From the NCBI GenBank assembly GCA_964016885.1, contig OZ024742.1:111414001-111478000 (forward strand): 64,000 bases of DNA, read 5' to 3'. Below, one piece after another: positions 52,518 to 64,000 of this stretch. Below the pieces are notes generated by a model, which worked only from the letters and a program-made list of their open reading frames with translations, was not told the origin of the DNA and made no database searches. Position numbers and translations under genes: made by a program. Source of the DNA: Eledone cirrhosa (Eukaryota). The stretch's first letter is position 1, and each line of letters opens with the position of its first letter.

Positions 52518-55367
52518 ATTGAGAGTGTATACGTGAGAGAGCAAGATAGAGAAAGTTTCAAGTATGTCTTTCTGCATTCGCATTCATAACTCCCCGCGGC
52601 CCAATTTCCCTGTGTCTTCAAGCAAAAGGAATACGTTTTATATTCGTATAAATGCGATTCAAAATCATCAGTTCTTTCATATTTGCATAAAGTTCTTATA
52701 AAATCACTGCAGAATAGTTGTACATATACCTAAGTGTGATATTACATTATTGTTTTACCAGTAGACAGATATTTTATATCATAGTCTAGGAGCAATATCA
52801 GTTTGTGTTTGATGACAATTTATTATATCTGTTATTTTATATTTATGTATCTTATTGGATATTAAAACCTGATAAAACATTTGCCATTGTAATGGATTTC
52901 CGATAAAGAAATGGCAGGCTTCGTGCCAATGTTCGAATTATATATTTACACCATGCAAGAAAACCACATGTCATGTTTATCAATAGACCTTTGTACTGTT
53001 AGGTTGAATTCAGCGAATCAGTCTTTAAAATTTATATTTCTAAAGGTGTGCGCTGGAGACAACGCGAGAGATACTTATTAAGCAACTTCGGAAATGTATT
53101 TTTTCCTTTTCTTTATGTGTCTGTTTGTTTTTGTTTTGCAATATCAATTTCCATTTTGAAAATATCTTTTACAAGTTTATAATGGAAGGAAACACAAATC
53201 TCAACACCCCTTCTAAACTACTGGTGTTTTACTACTCACACATATGCAGAAATACATATGCAAACAAATGATACATACATGCAGTTACCTATACACTCAC
53301 AAGCACGTATTGAAGAATTATTATTAGATATTTAATGACTTAAATAATTTACAATTATAATTTAGGAGGGTTGTTTGAAAGAAAGTAGTACGCTGTGAAA
53401 TAAATTCCGTATACCAATGATATCGTCGTTACACAACGCTATGCATGTAGAGGTTTATAACCTATGCCTACCAACAGCTTTGGGCATGGCTGGTCGTTAG
53501 CATCTATATTAGTGGAGCTTCTGTATTATGTCACATCTTGCTCTAAATGTTATTGGGGTTCAAATAACATCCCTACTCAAGAAATTATATGTTGGAAGGG
53601 GAGTATTTAATTATCACTCAATAAATACCGAGAAACATTTTGTTTGTTCCTGTTATGCTAATATGTATAAAGACACTATTAGGTAGATTTCCAGCCGTTA
53701 CGATCCTCTCATTTGTAATAATTAAATATAGAGACGAAGGTTTATGAGAAATTCAGGTTAATAACATATTCTATCAATTATCCTTCATAGGTCACTTAAG
53801 ATACATATGCTTCGTTTGCCTCATCTTAGCAATACGGTAACATATTATTATAATATAACAACTTACTATCAACGTGCTTTAAAAAAATATGATGTACAAC
53901 TTTATAAACGACAATAGAGCATGATGCTTATGTTCGGCCTTTTTCGTAACTGTATGCATTCTCTGGTATGACAGAGGAGAATATGCTTGCCTAACCAACC
54001 GGTTGCCAGACGGAGAGCTCGAACATTGCATAGCCTTTTCGAAACTATTCAATTATTCAACAGAGGAGAAATTTTCCTACTATATAATGCTTCTTTTTAA
54101 CGTTCTTTGTATAATTTCGTTAATGCGTACATGCAACTTTACACATTCCCCATGAATGGTATGGTCATTTAATACGTAGTTTATATTTAATATCACGTGT
54201 TCATTTACATATGAAAGTGTATTAGTTTTCTTTAAAGTAGCGAATAAGCTTCTACATATGAATTGAGTCTTTGGCGTCGTTTTGATTTCAGGATCAGATT
54301 GCTTCAGATCAATTATTCAACGTTTGTAATAGGTAACCTTTGAACTGTATAACCTTCTATATTGTCCTCACAAGCGTTATAAATTTCCTTTCCTATACGA
54401 GAAGCAATTATTTATGAAAACCAACCATATCTAATTCCTTCACGATATATTCACATTATAATTTTGATGTGTGTCCTGAAAACATAAGTTGCGTATCTTC
54501 AAAGAAAAAGGTGTAAATTGAAAATTCACTAAAATTCTATATTCTCGTGAATCTAAAAATGGAACGTTTTTCTAACCAAAGGAAAGTTACTGTATTTTGT
54601 TTTTATTCTAGCATTATTGTTATTAATACGTACATGAGCTCCTAAAACCTAATAATACTTCCCATGAAAATATTAATCGAAAATTTATGAATCATATTTT
54701 TATATAAAATTTCAAAAATTGTTCGCGTGTTGAAACATTTATTGAAAATCGTGCATCACGATAAATAAAAAAAAACAATTTAATATTTGAGAAAATGGAA
54801 ACTAAGTTACACACTGTAAGAATTACTAATACAATACTCTGTTAAATAAGCACAGCAGCTATAAGATGTATGTGCATTATGGCATCTAACATAGATGCGA
54901 TTAAATGAGTGGAAATTCGGTTAATAAAAGCTATAACAGAATCAGTTTTGGAAGTTGAATATTCAAAATAGGTTTTTGTAATTATATTATATAAACATAA
55001 TCGTATGTAATTTACTTTAATATTCAAATAAAACCATCAAATATAACGTACAATAATTTAGATTTCATTATATATACGTGTATGTATATGGGCGTGTGTG
55101 CGTGTATTTGAATGTATATGCGTGCATATATGTATATGTGTATGTATATATAAGTGTGTGTATGTGCGTATGTATATGTTTATGCGTTCTTTAATATGTA
55201 CATTAAGCTTAAATCTTACCTTATTTATCCAGCATTATATAGAAAATGTGTCTGTGCTATACAATGAAAGACAATCGTTCATTATAAAAGTAATGGTATT
55301 CCTAGGATTAAACATATGCAGTTTTACCTATATGTATGTACGTATGTATATGTGTATGTATATATAC

Positions 55368-55369
<2 letters not shown>

Positions 55370-55443
<74 letters not shown>
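55370..55443. repeat. (TG)n microsatellite
   Basis: Read directly from the sequence. Confidence 0.97.
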
Positions 55444-55446
<3 letters not shown>

Positions 55447-55699
55447 ATAAGAATATTTAAAGGTATAATGATAGATTTGTCGAGATAAAAATGAATATAA
55501 CTATACCCAGCCCGACACACACTCAGAGATGTCTGGCATTCTTAAAAGACACTGACATATATGTGATATGTTTACAGAGCAAAAAATAATAATACTTTTT
55601 CATAAAGAAGAAATTGTTTTTTCTCTAAGAGCGAAGCTTTGATATGTTTATTCTATATAAACATATGGTCTATGCTTTCATACATCTATTATTAGTATA

Positions 55700-55782
<83 letters not shown>

Positions 55783-56441
55783 GTATACATTATAGAATAA
55801 TCAAAACTATGTTCAAAACATTTTATTGCTGACAATCGTTTCTTCCAAAATGTCCTTTGGAATCATCGGAGCACTAGCAAAGTTTAGACATATAATGAAC
55901 CCCCTATTCCACAGAACAATTGTAAAGATACCTAGATATTACTGTTGTAATTAACCGTGTCATATTTAAAGAGTGAAGATAATGTGGTCAGTATGAGTGG
56001 ATGCGACCAAGACTATAAAAGAATACAACAATTATAGAGGAATTAAAGAAGAAAGTTACTCGCAAAATGAGGACATTAGCGGTACATATGCAAACGTATA
56101 GAAAGAGTGCAGGGGTATTAGGCATGTACAGAATAACCAGGTAAGAAACACGCAATGGTACTAAGCATATATATCACAGTATGGCAAAGGAATCCCATAA
56201 TGCAATGCAGATATAAAAGCATATTAAGCAGACAGAGATGCGTGGGTGCGAAAAGCAGTTTCTATGAAGTTTATCGTGGATGCAATGTGATAATTATTCC
56301 GGTAATATTCAAATGTGCATGTGTTGTGAATATGTGTATGTGTGTGTGTGGTGTTATGGGAGTATTCCAATATAGATCCTGTTAAACATGAGAGGAGCCC
56401 CCGGGTGAGGTTTTCCACAGCTGTTGGAGTTTCATTATTTG

Positions 56442-56625
56442 GTGGATTGGCAGTATCGGTAGAGGGTCGGACGCCATGCTTTCCAGCATAGTTACGTCCC
56501 TTTACGATCTGAGTTCAAATCCCGCCGAGGTTGACTTTGCCTTTCATCCTTACGGGGTCGATAAAATAAAGTACCAGTAATGAACTGGGTAATTGCTGGC
56601 CTTGTGCCTAAAGTAGAAACAATTA
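56442..56625 (+). mobile_element. Full-length tRNA-derived SINE (octopod-type; family name not assigned)
   Basis: Box A TGGCAGTATCGG, box B GAGTTCAAATCC, central GCCTTTCATCCTTACGGGGTCGATAAAAT, 3' GGCCTTGTGCCTAAAGTAGAAACAATTATT. ATTATTT occurs on both sides. Confidence 0.92.
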
Positions 56626-58394
56626 TTTATAGACAGAAGAAACAAGTTATACTTAAAACGTTATTTTTCTCATATGCTTCAATACATAACTGTGGGTCAT
56701 ACCACGAGACATACGAGGTATTTGTTCGAAGCTCTACATATCTACAGATATGGTTTGAAGTGTCAACTGTATTACGTACACAAGATGACTCCACACAAAG
56801 AATGAGGTCCATGCCATACCAATTAAGAATACATTGCAAGTACAAGAGGTATAGTATAACAGTATAGTAAAACAGTATATCAAAATGTTGCACTTATGCA
56901 CATCCATACATTAACAGACATAAGATTTAAAAAATAGAAGCAATATTATGTGAGGCATATATGTGTATATTAATCAGAAACAAGAAGGAGGACAGTAGCT
57001 AGACAATTATACGTAAGGCATTAAAAAATAATAATAAGTGGTAAAGAAAGTTCATAATTTCATATCTATCCTAGTTTGAAAATATTTTTTCCTTGATATG
57101 TTTTACTTCAAACGATACAAAAAAAATATCTTTTACAGGAAAACATAAGTGTCACACTTCTTATATATTACTTCACGTGTATTAATATTGTTTATAATAT
57201 AATAAAATGCAATAAAATAAAAATAAATATAGAAAGATTGATAATTAAACAATATTTTTCAGAATTACGTACATTTATATATAGAATGTTCTCAAAATGT
57301 ATGTATAAAAAGATGCGGATAAAAAGACAATGTTATAATTACTAATATAACGGAATTGAAAATAGTTATTATTAAACTTAAGTAAATGAATAATCTACAG
57401 TATTACCCTGCGTCTAGATGAAGTAGTAAAATTAATTACGAAGCTATTTAAAACACTGGTGAATTGCATTCTCACTGGCCTGCAAAGAATGCTGTGATAT
57501 TATCACATTTTTCTTTATTCATAGCGAAACATATATATGTCTATTAAAGATTTAAAAAATGAATATATAGTATATTCCTTTATAATGCGGGGTGTATGTA
57601 TGAATGAATTTATGTATGCATGTATATATGTGTAAATGCATCTGTGTATGAGGTATACTGTTTTTAATAAGTAATCGTTATACGTATATGCCCACATATG
57701 AGTTGCATTATTATATCGATTCGTTGGTTGCTTACACGATAATATATAATCGCACCAGGAATATTGATATCTTAAACATGAATGACTTTCAATATATTGG
57801 GGCTTTATTGTATCACGTTGCTTTGGTGTGTTCCCGTGTAAAAGTTTAAGTCGACCATGATGTTATACAAAGTGATATAGATTATAATTTTATTTAACAG
57901 TAAAGCATTATATTCAATAAACATCTGGTCTTTTGTGCAGTAAATATAATGCTGGAATCCTGCTATATTAATATAGATGCTCAATATAGAGGTTTATTCC
58001 TTACAGTTGTGTAAGCTATAAAAAAAGGTTTCCAAAGATGCATTTGTAAATGCACCGATATTAATTACATTCATCTTTTCATATATGGATTTATAAATGT
58101 GTAGTTTCCGCCAGTTAATGAAGGGGAAATATCCTCATCGAAAGCAAATTCACTGGATGTTAAGAATATTCAGACTTAACTCATAAACGATAAAACAGTT
58201 TTAAGTGGATGTTTTCTGAGTTAAGTAATAGAAGATGTTCATCCAACAAGGGCTTTAATTAAACATTGTAGACGTGGTGTTCAAAAATGAATAAACGCTT
58301 ACACACACATGCACAGGTAACTACCTACACACATACATATATGTGTATACTTTTATACGTATATGTATAATAACACACACGGATACGCACGTGC

Positions 58395-59534
<1,140 letters not shown>

Positions 59535-59574
59535 TAGAAAGTGAGGTTTTTTTACAAAATGAAAAAAAAACGAG

Positions 59575-59702
59575 GTGTCCTACACGTGTGAAACTATAAG
59601 GAAAAAAGATGAAATCGAAAATACAACTGGTGTCTTTTTAAAAAATATATATATAAAAAGAAAAAAGACTCCAGTTGCATTTTCGATTTCATCTTTTTTC
59701 CT

Positions 59703-59706
<4 letters not shown>
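59575..59706. repeat. ~45-bp inverted repeat between (TA)n tracts
   Basis: TATAAGGAAAAAAGATGAAATCGAAAATACAACTGGTGTCTTTTT pairs with AAAAAGACTCCAGTTGCATTTTCGATTTCATCTTTTTTCCTTATA. Confidence 0.85.
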
Positions 59707-59783
<77 letters not shown>

Positions 59784-59789
59784 TTTTTG

Positions 59790-60860
59790 ACTCTTCTACC
59801 CGTTCCAGCCATCCGGCTGAGGCCATGCTACACGATCTATCTCCAGCCTGTTTTGGAGTAAGAGGGAATTCGTTGCATCTACCTTTAGATTGCCTTCGTA
59901 CCGTGCTGTGGGCTCATTCGGGATCCTGGAGAGCAAAGTGTCAAGATGTTTCTTGAAAACATCCACGTTCAACGATGCAGATCTCTCAAATCTGTTGGCA
60001 GCTTGTTGATAGGTTGAGGGCCTTTGAACTCCAGGCTATTGCAACATCTGCTCCTTATTCTAGATGTTCAAGACGTCCTGTTCAGAGATTGGTAAGGCTC
60101 TCAATACCAAAGTTTGGTGCTAGTCCCTTCAGGATTTCCCATATGTATATCACTGCATATCTCTCCTGTCTTCGTTCCAAGGAGTAGAGTCTCAGTTCGT
60201 TTAGCCTCTCCCAGTAGCTCATACCCTTCATTGTGGCAATCCTCTTGGTGTAGCTTAGTTGAATTGCCTCACTCTCCGTGGTTAGGTTGATACTATGGGG
60301 TGGCCACAGTTGGGAGAATTATTCCAGTCGACTTAGCACAATTGTCCTCGATAGTATCTTCAGGGTCTCTCTGTATCTTGCGTGGAAAGTCATCAAGATC
60401 CAGCCAGCGAATCGCCTGCACATTCTTCCTGGGCGAAAGCCATGCCACGTGTTAGCTATGCGGTCATTTTCTTCGAGGAACGTGATCAGTTTCTTTCTGA
60501 GGATTCGTTCCATGGCCTTACTGATGTGAAGTCAGGGAGATTGGCTCTGCTTCCCCCTTTATGGATAGGGCATATTGTGCCTTCTCTGGGCTGCTTACCG
60601 CTAATCAAAGATCTTCTGAAGCGGATCTTCAGTGCTCTTGCTAATGCACGCTTACATGTGTTTAGGAGGACTGCTGGGAATCCATCAGGTCCAGCAGCTG
60701 AGTTTGTTCTAATTTCTTCTATGGCGGATATCATTTCTTCCTCAGTTATATCTATGTGTTGTGGCATAAAAGAAATCCTCTGAGTTTGTTATTTGCATGT
60801 GTCTCAATGGGGGTGTGAACACACTTTTTAACTGTTCATTCAGTATTTCACTTATCCCTT
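59790..60860 (-). mobile_element. CR1-group LINE remnant with the RT core deleted
   Basis: SAAGPDGFPAVLL..PIHKGGSR and MERILRKKL..WHGFRPGRMC are fused directly to the post-RT RRFAGWILMTF..VLSRLE and MSYWERLNELRLYSLERRQERY. Confidence 0.82.
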
Positions 60861-60877
60861 AATCAACCATTTTTATG

Positions 60878-61035
60878 GAAGGCAGTTTCTCCGTCAAATC
60901 GGTCGCAACTCCAGGTAGCAGGAGCAACTTGAAATAAAGTGTTTTAAGACTTAACAATCCGTCTGGTCCGGTTATCAAACTCGCAACCTCACGATTGCGA
61001 ATCCAATTCTCTAACCACTCATCCACACGCCTTCA
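60878..61035 (-). mobile_element. Decayed tRNA-derived SINE of a second family
   Basis: The - strand begins GAAGGCGTGTGGATGAGTGGTTAGAG..GAGGTTGCGAGTTTGATAACCG (box A/B-like). Confidence 0.6.
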
Positions 61036-61104
61036 CATACACACTCACATACACGACCCCCCCCCCACACACATACACACACACACACACGCACATATAT
61101 ATAT

Positions 61105-61141
<37 letters not shown>

Positions 61142-61145
61142 AATA

Positions 61146-61185
<40 letters not shown>

Positions 61186-63300
61186 GACGATCTACGTAGT
61201 AAATCGTATCATCGTGAGCTCCGCAAAGGTTTGTTATTTTCAGTTGTTCAAAATTGCCATTCATGGAAAGTTTTATTGTTAACTGTATATAAGTGCACAT
61301 ACATTGTTATCTGAAAAGGACACCCAAAAAGATTGGGGCCTTGAGCCCAACATTTAAACTTTTATAATTATCAAACAAAAATGTTTCTTTGAAACATCAT
61401 GGCTGACTCATAGTCACTCCTTTCTCACAACCTAACATCTCACACCGACACCACCATTGTAAATATTACTACGTTTGCCAACACTAAAAATATAAGCAGT
61501 AGCAATATTTTAAATTTGTCTCAGGCAGACATTCATTTCCCGCCATTACCAATGACTGCAGGTGTTAAAGCCGCCGCCACCACCACCACCGCGACAACCC
61601 CCACCCCCACTACCACCGCTATAACAGAAACAAAAGAAAAAAATAAATTAACTCGTGATATCGAAATGAATTCAACCAAAATGAACTCTTCCACACCGAA
61701 CACCACTGATGCCACCACCACCACACTGAAACTAAAATTAATAATAACAAAAATAACGATAACAACAACAGCAACAATGACATTAAGAAAACCACACTGA
61801 GTTTTACCAGAGTAGCAAAACAGTGCGAAGCGATCCAGGTAACTCAGGAGGAATTAGAAGAAGCCAAAAAAATGGTAAAGAAAGATGGGTACAGGGTCAG
61901 CCTCACCCACCCCACCTAATAAAATGGAGCATCGGCGCCTATGCACCGTGTCTTATCGAACAATTAATATAAAATCGCGCCGAGTGGAACGGGCATCTGA
62001 GTCCCAAATCCCAAAAGCTTTGGGACATGTGTGGGCCAAAAAACCCCACATCAGACGTGGGCAGAAGTATGTGACCGTGGACGTGTTCATTGAAACACCA
62101 CAGGAGGCTAGAGAACACTCCATGGCCCCATTAAAAAGTGACGACTTTACACTCGTCCCAAGCTATTGTGGCCAGAGACTCGTAAAGATCAGGGTGACGC
62201 ACGTTCCACCGGCCATCGAAATTCTCTGGCTAATAGCTGCCGTCCTCGCCGGCATCGAAGCCAACACAAGGATAATCGAAATAGTGAAAGAAAAGCAGGA
62301 GTACTGGTCCGGATCACGGATGGAGCTCCTGATCCAAGCGGTCCAAAAAAGCATTGAGGAGATCTCAGAGGTAATAGACCTCACTGACGGCAGCAACCTC
62401 ACCGTAATTGTCGAGGGCAGAAGGCCTAGGTGTGTCGTTTGTGGTGAAGGAACACACCTATGGGCTTTCTGCCCTCAGGCTAAAAGGTTGATGCCACCTC
62501 TCCTACCCACCCCAGTGACTCAACCATCAACACCACCAGCAGCAGAGATGACAACAACAACTGTAGCAGCAACAACAGAAGCAACTGTAACAGCAACAAC
62601 CCCAGCAACAGTAGCAAAACCAACACCACCACCACCACCCAACGCATCAGAACTAGCACCAGCGCCTACACCATCCACCACGCACTCGTCCAGTGTCCGA
62701 GCATTGCTGACTTGTGGGTTTATGTCGAACACCTGCTGTCACGTGTAGGACGGATCCACCTATCAGCTGAGTCCTTCGTGAGGATTGCCCCGCCCTCTAC
62801 CTTTAACCGAGAAGGGTAAGCAGTTTTTATCTGTGTGGTGGCCACAGAGTTAGTATGGTGGACACGTTTGAAAGGGCTGAAGACGAGCACTTAGCTCTTT
62901 GGTGATGCCCTGATTAACTTTTTCAAATTTCATTTGAAAAGGAAAATCCGGGTAGAAAGGGAAGTGCTCTCTTCCCAGCATTTTGCTGAAAGATGGGTGA
63001 GAGAGGCAAGAATGGCCCGAGTGTATGGGCCTACTCTGAGTATGTGTCTGTAAATTAAAGGTGGAAAACTGGGAGAGGGCACTTGCCCTGGTGGTCAGGG
63101 TCACTGTGGTTTTTTAATGGGCTTTCTCCACGAATGTCCCTCGGAAGTCTCCGCCCTATTGGGGAATTTTTTCATTGTTCTATTATTACATCCTCTGGTT
63201 TTGTTTTTCATACGCAGAAATGGCCATTTCTCCGCCCTGTATTGTCCTGTACTGTCCTTAATGTCTGCTTTATGTAGACCCTTGTGGTTAATAAAGAAAG

Positions 63301-63301
<1 letters not shown>
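61186..63301 (+). mobile_element. Internally deleted Tx1-like LINE between (ATT)n tracts (61146-61185 and 63302-63377)
   Basis: The ORF1 homolog (VEGRRPRCVVCGEGTHLWAFC) is joined at about 62680 to the ORF2 tail (HALVQCPSIADLW..FFKFHLKRKIRVER). The 3' end is CCCTTGTGGTTAATAAAGAAAGC. Confidence 0.88.
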
Positions 63302-63377
<76 letters not shown>

Positions 63378-63378
<1 letters not shown>

Positions 63379-64000
63379 GCGCTTATTGAATAATGATATT
63401 GATATTAGCGATAAAGACGAACAGTTGGCCAAAGCGTGGAGGCTAATTAAACGGGAGAAGTCCTGGGCAAACCTGACCATCCCGGACGAGGCAATAGCGG
63501 CCATGCAAAGGAGGACGGTGTTCTTTCGATGTATTTCGGTGCAAAAATTAAAAGTGGAACATGCGAGCCAAGCAGAGGTAGAGGCTGCTTTGGAGTACAT
63601 CGGAAGTAACATAGAGTACAAAGTAAGAGGCAAACAGTTTGGTACCATCTCGGTACTGTTCAAAACCGAGGCCCTCGCTATTAAGCACTCGGTGACCCCC
63701 TGCAGAACGCAACGCATTATCATGCATCCGTCCTATAAGGATAAAAAGACAGTGAAGGTACGCATTCCCAGCATCCCACCAGGAATGAATATATGGTGGC
63801 TGCTGGGATGCGTAATCGAGGAGGGGACAGACACTACCCCCCTGGACATGAAAAGGACAGAGAGAGAGGACTGGTCCGGAATGGATTTGGAGATTCTTCT
63901 CCAAATGAAACCGGAGGATATGAATAACATCCCGGATTTTGCCCGCCTACAGGACGGGACAACAATCCAACTAATGATTGACGGAAGAAGGCCACGCTGC
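63378..64000 (+). mobile_element. Third Tx1-like family, ORF1 open frame running off the window (absent from the ORF track)
   Basis: Manual translation: KRLLNNDIDISDKDEQLAKAWRLIK..RRTVFFRC..RGKQFGTISVLF..PSYKDKKTVKVRI..DWSGMDLEILLQ..LMIDGRRPRC. It aligns by eye with ORF1 at 4966-5570 and starts directly after (ATT)n. Confidence 0.85.

Noticed and set aside
54292-54332. Possible 41-nt exon (TTTCAG|GATCAG...AATAG|GTAACC)
   Set aside because: The splice-like ends are plausible, but there are no partner exons or homology. It would need RNA-seq.
56442-56530. tRNA gene
   Set aside because: The box A/B region continues into a SINE core and tail and occurs in several decayed copies. No full cloverleaf is evident.

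Overview
Eukaryotic, AT-rich, microsatellite-rich DNA made almost entirely of retroelements. The SINE family and composition suggest a coleoid cephalopod, probably an octopus; this is an inference and was not searched. No host gene can be supported. (1) 480-10464 is an array of six non-LTR retrotransposon pieces, each separated by an (ATT/TAA)n tract. The APE-type Tx1/L1-like copies are all on +, including one full-length but mutated 5.9 kb copy. The RLE-type R4/Dong-like copies are all on -. A second (ATT)n-linked Tx1-like array starts at 61146 and runs off the window. (2) 11.6-59.7 kb holds many Penelope-like elements (PLEs; RT + GIY-YIG; Naiad-like and Neptune/Nematis-like), mostly bounded by (TA)n and often folded into inverted repeats, including a 3.3 kb near-perfect palindrome. 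Reading by eye, I find about 16 type I hammerhead ribozyme (HHR) motifs of about 9 sequence families. Several have unusually long stem II domains, and several sit in short non-coding fold-back units. (3) tRNA-derived SINEs have a 3' end and an ATTAT-starting target duplication that match the Tx1-like LINE, suggesting a SINE/LINE partnership. (4) Decayed RTE, CR1-group, CRE-like and Helitron-like fragments are also present. All structure and family calls are manual and were not computed.
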